Shown: piece by piece, positions 1 to 13,896 of the stretch
Numbering within the stretch: the first letter of the stretch is position 1
Layout of the letters: each line of letters begins with the position of its first letter
Assembly: GCA_028534125.1 (NCBI GenBank)
Contig: CM052816.1
Coordinates: forward strand, 95,854,001 to 95,918,000
DNA length: 64,000 bases
Reading direction: 5' to 3'
Source of the DNA: Lama glama
Taxonomy: Eukaryota
Program-made: the position numbers and the translations under genes
Notes under the pieces: model-generated
What the model saw: the letters and a program-made list of their open reading frames with translations, nothing else
Database searches by the model: none
Told to the model about the DNA's origin: nothing

Positions 1-46
1 AATAGAAAACAAGGGCAAAGATAATAAAGGGCATCTCCATGGAGGT

Positions 47-51
47 ATGTA

Positions 52-82
<31 letters not shown>

Positions 83-105
83 CACATATATATATAATAT
101 ATATA
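47..105. repeat. (TG)n microsatellite followed by a (TA)n-like tract
   Basis: Directly visible dinucleotide runs. Confidence 0.9.
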
Positions 106-1335
106 AACTCCCTTCCGTCTATGCTAGTCTCTAAGTGAATTCTACATTGCTTAAGATCACAATTTTCATTATTTGTTAAATTGGACCCATAATGAAACTA
201 GAGTAGACACATAGTTTCTGGTCTGGAAACCTCATTGTTTCAGAATTGTGAACTTGATGAATGATTCAATTTCAATGTTAGGAAACATACTGAATCAGGG
301 TCATTTGAAAATCAACTCTCTTAGAATCTTGATGAGAAGATAGTAATAAAAACGAGAAAAAAAATCTCACTGTGTTCAGGATTGTATGCTTTAGTTTTGT
401 TTGTTTCAGGCAGAGTGAAGTTCTGTTTTTCACACATTGGGATTAGGTTAAACACCAGAGTTTCTTTGGAGTTTCAAAGATACTAGCATAAATTCTCTGA
501 GAAATGATGGGGTAGCTTTCTCTGAAGAACTCTGAAGAAAGGGGCTCAATCCTTTTCCATCAAAGATGCATGGTTGTGGTTCTTCCTTGGGCTGATGATG
601 CCCCAGGGACCTGCTAACTTTAGGTTGATAGAAGAAAAAAGTGAATTATGGCTTCAAAGATGCTGTAGGCCTTTAGCTAACAGTGTCTTTGTAGAGGGCA
701 AAGTAGTCAGGAATCAGAAACATCATGCTACAATTAAAAAAATATAGGCTTGTAAAGAGAAGAAAATCAAGGTGGCCGAGGGCAGTTTGGCCAAACATCA
801 GAGCACTTGGTTTTCCCGTGAATTATTAAGGTCCACATGGGAAGCGTGTTTGAAGAGAGTTTTGGATGCCAGAAAAAAATCACAGAATCCCTGAGACCAT
901 GTGAGTTTTGGCAACAGAATCCGACTTTGGCTTCCGATGTGAATCTCTGTTATTTGGTAGTGGCTCAAGGCATTAGGCACAAGTAATGAAACAGGACTGT
1001 ATCATTTCAACTCATATAAATCTTTGCCAGAGGAATAAACCATCCTGAGAAGTCAGAGAGCTACATCGGCCACATAGTAATGGGAGCATGAAAGCATCGA
1101 AGGGACCTGATTCATTCTGGGGATGTTCAGCTTCATCCCTTCGACTTTGGTTCCTAGAGTTAATTGCACCTCTGATTGGACTTAAGTGTTGGATCATTTA
1201 GTGTGTTTAAATGAAAACTAGATGCTTCTAATCATTGCATTTACTCTATAGTTTGAGGATAATTGTGAGAACAGATTTACTTCCACGTGTCTTGGTCTGT
1301 TCTCTCTGACTTCACAGTTTACCTGTTACCATTTT

Positions 1336-2015
1336 CTTTTTAAACAGCTTTTTGAGATATAATTGATACACAAAAAGCTGCACATATTTACTGTGTACAA
1401 TTTTATGAGTCTGGACATAAGCACACACCATGAAACCATCACCGTAATCAAGGTAACAGGCACATCCATCACCTCCAAGAGTTTCCTGGTGCCTCCCTGG
1501 CCCTTTTTTGGTGGTAAGAACATTTAACATGAGACCTGTCCTCTTAACAAAAATGTTAAGTCTACAATCCGGTGTTTGTTAACCATAGGTGCTGTGTTAT
1601 ACACTAGAGCTCTAGAAATTCGTCATGTTGCATTCCTGAAAGTTTATATCCAAAACACAAACTCCCCGTGCCCCGCTCCTCCCAGCCCTTGGCAACTACC
1701 ATTCTACTCTCTGCCTTTCTGAGTTGGGTTATTTCAGTTGCCTCATGTGAGTGGAATCCTGGACCATTTTCCTTTTGTGTCTGGCTTACTTCACTTAGCA
1801 TCATGTCCTCCAGGTTTATCCATGTTGCCGAATATCACAGGATTTCCTTCTTTTAAAATACTCAGTAATATTCCATTGTAAGCATATATTCTTTATCTAC
1901 TCTCTTTATCCATTTGTGCATGAAGGACATTTGGGTTGTCTCCGTATCTTGGCTACTGTGAATAACGCTGCAGTGAACATAGGAATGCAGATCTCTCTGA
2001 GGTCTTCATTTCAAT
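1336..2015 (-). mobile_element. LINE-1 3' UTR fragment (L1MB-like)
   Basis: Antisense L1 3' end text (gagatataattgata..., ggcttacttcacttagcatcatgtcctccaggtttatccatgttg). The minus-strand ORF MMLSEVSQTQK matches the L1 ORF2 C-terminus/3' UTR. Confidence 0.85.
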
Positions 2016-2829
2016 CTACTCTTTTGTATTGTGTCTTCTGACATCGTTGGGTATTTCATACACAGGGGCAGTCTGGGACCTCTTTTCAGCTTAGCTCTTA
2101 AGTGGGGAAGTCTCCTTTATTGCAAAACTCCTTTCTGGTAAAAAAGAGTAACTGGATGTCACTCTGTTTTCACTGTATGTACTAAAGTATAGAGGAATGG
2201 AACAAGCAGATCTGAAACACAACACTGAGAATGAACACATACAAAATCATTTTCTTTGAAAACTGAAAAAAACAACATTCCTTCATGAATCTGTGATGTC
2301 TGGCTGTATCTATGTATAGTTTAGTCACTTAATTCTGGCGTTCACAAGAATCTTACAAGCTGCAGAGGATGGAGTTTCCAGAATATTCTCTACCTTTCAT
2401 AAGATGTCTTTACTAAGAATTTGTTGCTGTTGTTGTTAAAATAAAATCTGCTGATTTTATTCCCAGATGTGTTTACATATTGTGAGGGTATCTACCCTCA
2501 CAAGGAAGTTTTGTGTTTTCCTGCACGTTTTAAACTTTGAAAGTCAATGGAAAAATTTCTCTCAAGTTTATTAAAAACAAAACAAAACATTGCAACTTTA
2601 CAGAAAGGTGCAGTTTATACAACCATTGCAACAGATTAACCAGGATTTTAGGATTCCAATTTTGATGTAATGTTGACAATATTTAAGAGTGGTATACATC
2701 TTGTTTTATGATGCTGCTTAGGCAATCAAATATAAATAACTCATTTGAAAACTATTGACACAGAACACCTAAGCTATCTGGACAAGCTTATTCTTTCAAG
2801 ATGTTTTGAATCATATTTTCCAAGTCCAA

Positions 2830-3960
2830 AAAAAAATTTATTGGGATTTTGATAACAATTTCATTAGAAAAATATATTCACTAAGGAAAATGGACATGGT
2901 AAAATATTCATCATGCTTTGATCTGAGAACATAGCATGTTGCTTCTTTAGTTTTTTTAAAAAAATATTTTGTCTTCCACAATAACATTATCTTTCTTTAA
3001 TGAGGTTATTCCTAATGCTTTGTGTTATGAATGTGCTGAGAAAAAGATGCCTGTCTATTAAGACATATTTCTGAAGCAGAGGTTAAGATAAATTTTTGTC
3101 AACTTTATTGAGTTTTCTAATTTTCAAAGGGTTTTTTATTGCTTTTTTAGATTTTAAAATTTACTTTTTTGCAGTTGCTAATTACTTTTGCCTTATCCTT
3201 CCTAATGGTTTTGTTTTAATTTCTTGTTCTGTATCTTATTGCATAATCCTGACTTGCAGAACCATACAAAATAATAATAGTGATGATTATCTTTTTCTTG
3301 ATTTTAATCAGAGAATGTTTAGTATTTTAAAATTAAGTGGAGTAGATGTTTGTTTAAGACATTTAAAAAATCATACTATGAAACTATTCTTTCATTTGTT
3401 GTTACCTGAGCTTTTTAAAAATAGCTAATAGTGTTAAAATTCCATGAATTTTTTTTCTTTTTGACAAATAGCAGAATTTTTCATTTCTCATATTGGTTCT
3501 TTTAATGTATAACGTTATATTAATAGGTTTCCTAATACTAAACCAATTTGCATTAGCGGAAACAACCTTCCTTTCTAGGGTGGGTGATTTTTTCATGTAT
3601 AATTGAATTATCTTCAAAATCCCTATTTCCAAGTGACAGTAGACTTGAGTTTTAATTTATTTTGTGATATATTTGTTACACATTGGTCTACTGCTCTTCT
3701 GCTAGTTTGATAAAATGAACTGGATAGCTTTGTTTTTCTCTCTTCTGAGTAATTTACACCTTATACAGACTACTTTTTCCTTTGAAGTTTCGAAGAACTA
3801 GTCTGTAAAATAGCTCTAAAGGCTTTATGGTGCATAGCACTTTGCTTTATTTTATTTTGTGACTTTGTTTCATTCAGATACACACACACACAGAGGATAT
3901 TTTCTCAGAAATAATCCATTTATTTAAAAAAATCTTAAATTTCATTATAGGATATTATAT
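2830..3960 (-). mobile_element. Highly degraded old LINE-1 ORF2 region (L1M/L1ME-like)
   Basis: T-rich antisense L1-like phrases (ttgggatttttgat, aaccaatttgcatt). Boundaries uncertain. Confidence 0.5.
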
Positions 3961-3974
3961 GCAGTATTCTTTGT

Positions 3975-5578
3975 CCAGGTTTATTGAGATGTAATTGACA
4001 TATAACACTGTGTAAAACATGTTGTTTTTATACATTTATATGATTATCAACATATCATCAGCTATCGTATAATTACCATCATGTCACATAACTATCATTT
4101 CTTTTTTGTGGTGATAACATTTAAAAGTCTCCTAGCAACTTTCAGTATAGGTATATATGAAATACAGTATTATTAAGTATAACCACCATGCTATATATTA
4201 GCTTGCCAGAACTTACTCATCTCGTGACTGGAAGTTTATATCCTTAAACAGAACCTCCCCATTTACCCCACCCCCAGCCCGTGGTAACCAACATTCTAAC
4301 CTCTGTTTCTATGAGTTTGTTTTTTTTTGGATTCCACACATAAGTAACATCGCACAGTATATCTTACCTTTCTCTGTCTGACTTATGCACTTAACACAAT
4401 GCTCTCAAGTTCCACCTATGTTGTCACAAATGACAAGATTTCCTTTTTCCTCAAGACCGAATGGTATTTCATTGTATATCTATGTGCATACGTATAAGAT
4501 ACATTGTATTTCTTCTTTATCCATTCATCCACTGACAGACACTAAGGTTGTTTCTACATCTTGAATATTGTGACTAATGCTGCAGGGAACATGGGTGTGC
4601 AGATATCTCTTCAAGATCTTGTTTCCATTTCCTTTGGATGTATCCCCAGATGTGGGATTGCTACATTATATTATAGTTCTAGTTTTAGTTTTTTGAGGGA
4701 CCTCCATACTGTCTTCCATAGTGACTGCATCAGTTTATATCCCACCAACAGTGCACAAGGGTTTCCTTTTGTTCACATCCTCACCAACACTTATTAACTT
4801 ATTAACCTCTTATCAGGAATATGATTTGAAAATATTTTCTCCCATTCTGTAGGCTGGCTTTTCATTGTGTTGGTTGTTTCTGTTTGCTGTGGAAAAGCTT
4901 TTAGTTTGATATGGTCCCGCTTGTTTATTTTTGCTTTTGTTGTTTGTGCTTTTGGTGTCCCACCAAAGTCAATGTCAAGAAGCTTTTGTTGCCAAAATCA
5001 ATGTCAAGAAGCTTTTACGCTATTTTTTTTTGAAGTCTTATGGTTTCAGATCTTATGGTTAATTCTTTTCAAGTTAGTTTTTGTGAGTGGTGTAGGATAG
5101 GGGTCCAACTTCATTCTTCTGCAGGGGTATCCAGTTTACTGAACATCATTTATTGAAAGGACCATCCTTCCTCCATTTAGTGTTCTTAGCTCCTTGTTGA
5201 ATATTAGTTGAACGCACAAGTGGGTTTATTACTGGGCTCTTGGTTCTGTTCCATGAGTCTATGTGTCTATTTTTGTTTCAGTACTGTCCTGCTTTGATTA
5301 CTATAGCTTTGTAGTATAGTTTGAAATCAGGACTTGGGATGCCCCTAGCTTTGCTCTTTTTTCTGCAGATAGTTTTCACTCTTTGGGGGTCCTTTGTGGC
5401 TCCATATGACTTAAAATTTTTTTTTCTGTGAGAAATGCCATTGGAATTTTGGTTGAGATTGCATTGAATCTGTGCATGGCTTTGGGTAGTATGCACGTTT
5501 TGACAATATTAATTCTACCAATCCATGAATAAATATCTTCATTTGCTTATGTCTTCTTCAATTTCTTTCATCAAAGTC
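3975..5578 (-). mobile_element. LINE-1 (L1MA-like), 5'-truncated, ORF2 C-terminal part plus 3' UTR
   Basis: ORF 5278-5496(-) contains KKSKARGIPSPDFKLYYKAIVIKA, matching the L1 ORF2 motif KKNKAGGITLPDFKLYYKA. Typical antisense 3' UTR starts tttattgagatgtaattgacatataac. Confidence 0.9.
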
Positions 5579-7074
5579 TAATATTCTTTTGACTCGAACA
5601 AAATCTTCTGTGTTTTGGGGAACAATTTCTCTCTTTCATTTTCCTGATGGCATTTATTTGTATTTTATCTCCTTTTTGTATCAAGAGGTTGTCCAGTTTT
5701 GGCTTAAGGCAGTTTTTAGATTGAATTTGAATTCAATTATTTCCATTACAATGGCTTTTCCTTCCTCCTTTCTTTCCTTCTTTCTCTTCTTTTTCTTCTC
5801 TTCCTACTTTTTCTTATTTATTATCCCTTTTGAACTTCTCTAGTTGATTGCTTAGTTCACTTATCTTTGTTTTATATGGTTTGCAATGAAAACATATAGA
5901 GCTGGGAACTTTACTCTGATCACACACTTGGCAGTTTGCTTTAATGTTTCATATGGTCTATTCTCACTGTTATTATTACTACTATATTTATAGCTTATGA
6001 CTTTCATTTTATTTTAAGCCAATCGTTATATAGGCTATTTTAAAATTTTGACATGTTTCCAAAAGTTGTTTAACCTATTTTCCAAAGTAAGACTCCTTTA
6101 CCTTGACTCTACTAGGTAACAGGAAAAATTGCAAAAGCTCTACACTCCCTCTGCCTTTAGTAGTATATCCTGAGACTTTCAAAATAAATTATTGTCATTA
6201 AGTTATTATGTGTAGTCTTGCATATGTTTTCTTCTGCATTGTCAGCAGCCCACTTATATCCACCCATGCTATATATACATTGTGTTTTCCACCCCATTAG
6301 TGTGGCTTATAACTTCCTTTAGTGTATATTTCATTTAGTTCACAACAAAAAATGTCACATAATCTCCCTTTATTTCACCTAGTGTCTTGTTCCCTGAAGC
6401 CTTTCTCTTCACACTTCTCTCCTTAGTGTTTCTCAGTGTGATGTCTTCTAGCTTACTTGGTTTCCCTCCCTCATGCTCTGTTTTCTGAACCATGCTTTGA
6501 TTGCTATGGTCAACATTTGACTCAGGTAGGTCCCCCTACTGCATCTTAAGGATGATGTCCCCCCTGCTCACCCTGAAGGGCCTTCTCACAGGTGCTGTCT
6601 GGGCGTGGGGGTCTCTTCCTGTGGTCATCCTCAGGGCAGTCATGGAAACCTACCATTTCTCTAAGTTTGAGTCTCTGGGCTCCACGTGGCCTTAGTCTCC
6701 TCCAGTCCCCTGACTGTACCCACACAGCCTTTAGATATTCAGAGGGAGGTTTTGTTGGCTTTTACGGCTTCGATATCCAGCATCTAAATTGATCTTGCCC
6801 CTACCCTCAGTTTACTCTGTAGGGCATATGAAAGATCGTCCAAACTTTCCTTTGGCCCAGACCAGTTCCTATATGCCTCAGGGTTGATGGAAACTTTTTC
6901 CGAATGCTGGAAACAGAATTATAACTCCATGAGTTTTCATGTTCCCCTGTATCTTCAAAGTCATTTTAATGAGAAGGGAATTGAGACTTTCTTGAGGCTT
7001 TCTCAGAGCTATCATGAGATGACAAACTGAACCAGCAAAAACAATAATGATGTCACTACTGGTTACAGTAACAA

Positions 7075-7300
7075 CAGCAATGCCGAAAGCGATTTTGTCC
7101 AGAGCTTTCCCCGTACTAAGCAGTAAGCATAAATTGCTAAATTGTCTTCATATTACACTGTGTGTAACAGATAATGTTATTCCCTCCTATTGACCAGTGA
7201 AGAAAGGGTCACAAATAGGTGAGTCCATCCCTCTAAGCCGCACGGCAGGCGAAGCTGGTGGGGTTGCTCCCAGGCAGTTTAGGTCTAGAATCAACACTGC
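7075..7300 (-). mobile_element. MIR SINE fragment
   Basis: Degenerate antisense MIR core (ttattccctcctattgaccagtgaagaaa...cccaggcagtttaggtctagaatc). Confidence 0.6.
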
Positions 7301-8660
7301 TGACAGTGCACTGGAACTAGAAAGCATCTTACGTATTTGTCTACCCACAGGGCACAAGAATAAAACTCAATAATATCACGGAATTGAGAAAAGTCTTTCA
7401 GTGGTGAACTAGTGATGCAACATGATGGAAAACTGAAAATTCAGTGAATTCTAGAGAAAGGTACTAAAAAAGAGGCCAATTTCTGGAATGACTCCCATAA
7501 ACTATTAATGATCAAAATTAACTCAAAGAATCAATATGTAAGAAATTGGTAAAGAATAATTGTTTTACTGATTTTCAATTTAATTTTCACGTATCATCCT
7601 CTTCAATGTTTACACTGTAACTGACATAACTTTCTAGAAAAATATCATGATTTACAAGACTGGATTTAAAATGAGATAATAGAAAAAGATGTAAAATTAA
7701 GATCAAACAACAGAAACCCATTAGAAAGAAATTGGCCCTTTAACATTTTCCTTTCATAGTTTTATGGGTGGCAAGAAGAGGTAATATACTTCAAACACTA
7801 AATGACACCTATTAAAATGTTGGAAGCCAAAAATTAACACAAAATTTTGTTTTATATGTAAGATAACACAATCCCCTTTTCTTATTCTTTTACCTTTATT
7901 TTGGAAGAAAATGTTATTTTAAGGCCTTAGTTTGATGGCCCTTAAGCTAAAGACAAGAAGTCACTCTGGGTTCATCTCTTGTTTGATTTGCAACTACTGA
8001 AATTTCCTTTGATCTCAACTTAATTTCTTCCATATTTTTGTGAATTAAAAACTTGTTTGATTTTGTTTGTTCCATTTGTTACAGTTTATCATCTGCTTTC
8101 TTGTTGTCAACAGCTGCAAACATCTTAGACACTACACTTAAAAGGGTTGGGTTTGTGATTCATTTGAGTCTTGAGTCTTAATTTTGGCAAAGGGGACCTA
8201 ATTAGTTGTAAATTTTCCCTTGTGAATTACTAAGAGGCAGTTTCCCTGCGTGGTAGCGCTAGACCTAGAACAGCTTTGTTAAAACTGATGCCTCACAGGG
8301 GAAAACTAAAAAGCTAGTGATGTTTTTGACGATAGACTACAGTTGACTCTTGGAGGTGAGGGTTATTGAGTTATAATAGCTGGTTTAACTGTATCAAATG
8401 TGCGTACATTCTAAATTGTTGATGAGCATAAGAACTGGCCAAGTTATTGAAACTGCTGTATAATAGCTAACACTATACACAAACTAAGTTCCACATGGAC
8501 CCAAGCATTAGTTAACCGCTGGTTGTGTGATAAAACTGTTTTTAAAGAGGCAGCGTAGTTGGCAAACACAGTTTGGGAACAAAAGACATCAGAACAGAGA
8601 TCATGCTACAACTGAGCAAGGGATATGGATAAGAGGACATTTAAGAAATGTATTTATTTG

Positions 8661-8805
8661 TGGGGGGAGGGTACACCTCAAGTGGCAGAGCGCATGCTTA
8701 GCATACACAAGGTCCTGGGTTCGTTCAATCCCCAGTACCCTCTCCAAAGACAAATAAATAAGTAAACTTAAGTACCCCCCACCAAAAAAAAAAAAAAGAA
8801 AGAAA
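8661..8805 (+). mobile_element. Camelid tRNA-derived SINE (Vic-1-type), full length with A-rich tail and TSD
   Basis: GGGGGGAGGGTA head, degenerate A box, B box GTTCAATCC (8723-8731), aaataaataagtaaac...tacccccc tail and poly(A). TSD aagaaatgtatttatttg (8643-8660) / aagcaatgtatttatttg (8806-8823). Confidence 0.9.
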
Positions 8806-10617
8806 AAGCAATGTATTTATTTGCCTCTTTATTGCGTCTCTCTGTTAAAAAGGGTTTGAGGAAGCTTTGTAAAATGCCCCTGAGAAGCCAAGTGTTTTAA
8901 ATAGTCATTGTACAATTTATCTATCTGTGTTTATGTTTATGTATCTACTTCTGTTCCACTTGGTGGACTGAAGGTAAACAGCCATCTCGGCTTCACTATC
9001 AACTTTGTGTGTGTTTTGCTCAGGCCCAGGGGCTCCATCCACTGACGGGGAGCAGCTGTTAAGAGCTCATCTTTTTGGGGGAGGAGTGTTGGGGTGGAGA
9101 GGGAAATGGCTTCTGAATTCAGCAAGCCCACACAGACAAGAGAAATGAATTTTCCTTTACCGTCGTGTTCTGAAACCACGTCTTCAGTGAATGCCATCTT
9201 TCTTGGTAAATAAGTTTTAAAAAATAAGTGAGAAAACCAAGGTGAAGAAAAAAAATAGGACGGGGCCAGGATGAAGCTTATGTCCAAAGCGGTGAGTGGC
9301 AAAGCCAGCATCCTGTCACACAGAGGAGAACACACTTTGTCATATAATTCTTGGCGTCCATACAACTTAAATACGTACTCACAGGAGGCATAGCTCTTTT
9401 CAGCCCTCTCATTGCTTCCTGAAGACAGTGCCCTGTGAGGTTATGAACAACAGGGTCCACTATAGTTGGACCACAAATTAGGTGGGAATCGTACTTCGTT
9501 CAGTGTTCCTTACTGGAAGCAGATGGCGCAAAACCAGAGTGCTGCTTGGTAAGCATCGTAACAAGTAGCAGAACTATGTGACTAGGCTTTTTGATATTTT
9601 AATCAAGAATAAAAATTTAATATTTAGAATCATTAGGTTTTACAGGCATGGACTATAAGGCCCATAAAATTGTACACAAAAATTGAGTGTGAAGCCAAGG
9701 AAGGTCCATAACTTCAGCAAGCTCTGAACAGTGACCCCCACTTTTTAAGAATCACCAGTTTGGGGGAAGGGTGGTCTGTGACTCTCAGGCAACCCTGTGT
9801 AAATATTGCCCCTCTGAATTGGGGTACTGGTAATGCTTGGCTGGCAGCAAGTTCCAGGGGTGCTCTGACGGGAACCTAGAATGCAGGTGTCCTTGACACC
9901 AACCAGAGAAGCAACACAAGCTTTGATAATCACCGGAGCTGGACTTAGTGTGATGTGGAAGCCAAGGACACAAGCCCGGGTACAAGGCCACGCTCCTCTG
10001 CAGGAGGCCGAGAGGATGGCTGAGGACAGAGCTCAGCCTTCTTGAGAACAGAATGCCATCGGCCCCAGCGGAGTAAGGATGGACCACAGGCAGCCTCTCC
10101 TGCCCTGGCACTGAGGCGTTCAGATCCCAGGTGAAGAGGCACTGGCACTTCACTCCCACTGAATCCTCCTGGAAATTATGGAAATTATCATCCGATCTGC
10201 CTAGACCTGATTTTCAGATTCCTTTTTAAGGGGTAGGTACTCTGTAGACAACTTTTTTTTTTTCAAGTCTAAATTGAGAAAATCCTATTGGTAGAATCAG
10301 AAACTTAGAAAAGAGCTCAAATGAAGCACCAGATACCCCATTTCATTTCCTCAAGTAACAAGCATTGAAGGGCTCCATCTGTGCTGCCTGTTCCCTGACT
10401 GGAACATTGGTCCCAGCTGCCTGGCTCTAGAGCATGCCTCTGCGTCACCTCGTCTGCAGTCATGTCAGTGCCAGCTTCCCGGTCTTCTTTTATTATCCCC
10501 TACAGTACAAACTAAGGCACATTTCTCACTGCTCTGGAGTCTTCCCAGAAGAGTGGAGGTGGCAAGCTCTGCACAGCTGGGAGGAGTGGCATCGGCAAGC
10601 CTCACTCATCTCAAGTG

Positions 10618-10810
10618 TGTGCATCGTGTCCTGGGGCTGCCAGAACAAGGAACCACTACTGAGTGTCTTACAACAACGGAAATGTCCTGGAAACTGGAAG
10701 TCAGAAGTCAAGGTGCAGCAAGGCCGCACTCCCCCCAGAGGCTCTAGGGGAGAACCCTTCCTTGCCTCTGGCTTCTCATGGCTCCAGGTGTCCTTTGGTT
10801 CATGGCTGCA
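10618..10810 (-). mobile_element. MaLR solo LTR (MLT1C/D-like), truncated by the assembly gap
   Basis: ggaagtcagaagtcaaggtg...gaggctctaggggagaacccttccttgcctct is the MLT1 antisense signature. Confidence 0.8.
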
Positions 10811-11310
10811 NNNNNNNNNNNNNNNNNNNNNNNNNNNNNNNNNNNNNNNNNNNNNNNNNNNNNNNNNNNNNNNNNNNNNNNNNNNNNNNNNNNNNNNNNN
10901 NNNNNNNNNNNNNNNNNNNNNNNNNNNNNNNNNNNNNNNNNNNNNNNNNNNNNNNNNNNNNNNNNNNNNNNNNNNNNNNNNNNNNNNNNNNNNNNNNNNN
11001 NNNNNNNNNNNNNNNNNNNNNNNNNNNNNNNNNNNNNNNNNNNNNNNNNNNNNNNNNNNNNNNNNNNNNNNNNNNNNNNNNNNNNNNNNNNNNNNNNNNN
11101 NNNNNNNNNNNNNNNNNNNNNNNNNNNNNNNNNNNNNNNNNNNNNNNNNNNNNNNNNNNNNNNNNNNNNNNNNNNNNNNNNNNNNNNNNNNNNNNNNNNN
11201 NNNNNNNNNNNNNNNNNNNNNNNNNNNNNNNNNNNNNNNNNNNNNNNNNNNNNNNNNNNNNNNNNNNNNNNNNNNNNNNNNNNNNNNNNNNNNNNNNNNN
11301 NNNNNNNNNN
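10811..11310. other. Assembly gap (500 N)
   Basis: Run of exactly 500 N, probably a placeholder size. Confidence 1.
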
Positions 11311-12299
11311 AAAAAAATTCTCTAATTTGGATTTCAGGTAAATATTAGTATAATCTTCTACAGGAACAGAAAAGTCCATTCTTAGAATAAGGAAAAAAGA
11401 TTAAATCCCTGAAAAAAGTTGAGCCATTATATGCAACCAGAATTTATAAACCTCTCTTCCTACTTCATTACAGACTTGTAAAGATTTCAAAATAAAAAAT
11501 AAGAAAATATTAAGAAAAAATACTATGAAAATAAACTATTTTCTACCTTCATTTCAATTTTTAAAAAATATTACCATTAGTTGGGTCCAACAATTCCAAC
11601 TGGCAGTAGTGGCGATTCAATATTATTTGTTTTACCTTTTGATTTTTAGCACATGTGTTATTTGTAGAAACATCTTTATTTAGCAAAGTTTACATAAGTG
11701 CAAGTTAATTTCCAATTATTGGGGACTTGATAATTTTGCTATGAGAAAATATTTGTAACAGTGCTTTGTAATGTAGAATCATATGCACATATAGAGTGGA
11801 ATCTCATTGGCCAAATCATGTCACATGACAACATCTAATCTTAAGTGGATGGGGAACTAACTAAGGCTCAAAAGGAGAAAGAGGCTAAGTATTTGTGAAA
11901 ACCCAAACTACCATAGCTTGGAATCCCAAACTCTATGGCCAAAGACATAACTATAAAATGGTAAAATATCTTTTTAGTCAGATTGTGGATAAAACCCTTC
12001 CATGTCTGATCAAAGGTACTTGGGTATTGACAAGTAAACTCCATGTACATCATTATCTCTGGAACAAACAAGAAAGAATTAGTCTTCCTACCATAACTTC
12101 TTACGGAAGTGACAAAAATACTACCAATCTTAACTGATACATAGCTAGAAGAAATAATTTCCAGAACACTGGTAACATTCTGGGTACTTCCAAGTCTTTG
12201 AAATGTCTGTGTGAAACTAATAGATCGACAGTATGTGCCTGTGTGTGTGTGTGTGCATATACGTTGTGTTACTTCTTAGAATATATGTTTGCTCATATT

Positions 12300-12610
12300 T
12301 GACTTCCCCTCTTTCCAGGTGCGTGATAAGACTTCACCTCCCACTGCTCTGAGATAAGGTGTGGCCATATAACTTACTTTGGACAGCAACTGGTTGGGAG
12401 TGACTGATGTCACTCCTGGTCAGAGTGCTTAATTGCCTTCACTGACTTCTTTCCCTCAGCTACGATAACCCACACAGCATGCTCTGCATGGAGGAAGAAA
12501 CCCGTCATCTACTTCCTTATGAGAAAAAGTGTGGAGCAGAGCCCCTCGCAGACCATGATGGATATACATCATTAGTGAAAAATAAACCTTTGAGATTTGG
12601 GGGTTATGAC
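12300..12610 (+). mobile_element. MaLR solo LTR (old MLT1H/I/J-like)
   Basis: gtggccatataacttactttgg...tgtcactcctgg...gtgaaaaataaacc...gagatttgggg pattern. Confidence 0.65.
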
Positions 12611-12629
12611 AGACTATGAAAATAGTCAT

Positions 12630-13113
12630 AAATTCCTCCATCATCTTTGCAATGTGAATTGTTGCTTTTCTCATCAAGGGGTACATTTCCTTTCTCCACT
12701 CTTAACATTGGACTGAAACTGTGACTTGCTCTGATCAACAGACTGAGAAGTGACACTGAGGGAGTTCCCAGCGAAGGTCTTTGGAGGCTTCGTAACTTTT
12801 GCTCGACCTCTCTACTGCCTTCAGACCACCATGAAGCCCGAGTCCGTAGGGAGGGACCACGTGCAGAGACAGACCTGGCTGACAGCCAGCATCCGCCTCC
12901 GAACATGCAAACAGGCTCCCCTTGGACCATTCAGGCCTCGTTGGGCCACCAGAGACTGTGCTACATGAATGACCCCAGGCAAAACCCACAGAAGAACAGC
13001 CAGCTGAGCCCAGTCCAAACTGCTGGCCCACAGAAATGTGAGTGAATACAGTTTTGTTGTTTTGAGCCCCTAAGGTTGTGTGGTTTGGATGTGGCAATGG
13101 ATAACAGATGCAG
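12630..13113 (+). mobile_element. MaLR solo LTR (MLT1G/H-like)
   Basis: gtgacttgctctg..., cagctgagcccagtccaaactgctggcccacagaa, and the 3' end ttgttgttttgagcccctaag...gataacagatgca. Confidence 0.8.
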
Positions 13114-13896
13114 CTTAAACTAGCTTATCCTGATTAATACATGTGTGTGTCTGGGTGTAGTTTGTGTGCATGTAATATAAATCTGTGTATGTATTATGTA
13201 TGCACTTACACACGTGTATCAATGTGAGTATAGTCGTGTGTATATAACGCACACATTACATATATACATATACATACACATGAACTGACTATATATGTCA
13301 AACTGATTTTTATCAGCAGATTGGGTCAAAAATGTGATTGTTATTATTTTATAAACGAAGAGATTCATATGTCCACTGAAATTTCCTTCATTTCTATGAA
13401 GATAATCTTAGCAGATGGCTAGATTAAAGGGATCTTAAAAACTGGACTTGAGGAAATCATTCTTTAATGGTTGATTCTCCTGCAGACAAATGATATTAAA
13501 ACCAGATTGTGAGGCTAGAAGATCAGTGTCTTTGTTTTTCCCTCTTCACCCTGATGCATTCCAGAACACTCTATGCAGTCATTGCCAGACGTGATTGAGA
13601 CCACCTTCAGGGTCAGGAGAGATAGCTTCCATCCTCCTTTTTGGAGTTTAGGATTACATCACTCCACAAGCTGGAGTCACTTGGGCTAAAATTCAGCGTG
13701 GAAATGCACTGATGCTTTTACTATAAAAAGTTAGTGTAAAACATTATAAAGGGCTTTCTAAATTATTTCCTCTGAAGAAGAGGGTTGCTTTACAAGATGG
13801 AACCAGGGTTCAGGCTGATTCGAGTCTTTGGTTGGAAAGAATAGATTTGGTTAAAATAGAAAAGTTTTAATTAAAAAGGAAACTTACATGAAAACT

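Noticed and set aside
8661..8735. tRNA gene
   Set aside because: The tRNA-like head belongs to a SINE (unrelated tail, poly(A), TSD), and the A-box and T-arm regions are degenerate.
10434..11379. Long ORFs (187-304 aa) spanning 10.4-11.4 kb
   Set aside because: They are artefacts of translating through the 500-N gap, and much of the real sequence in them is MLT1 LTR.
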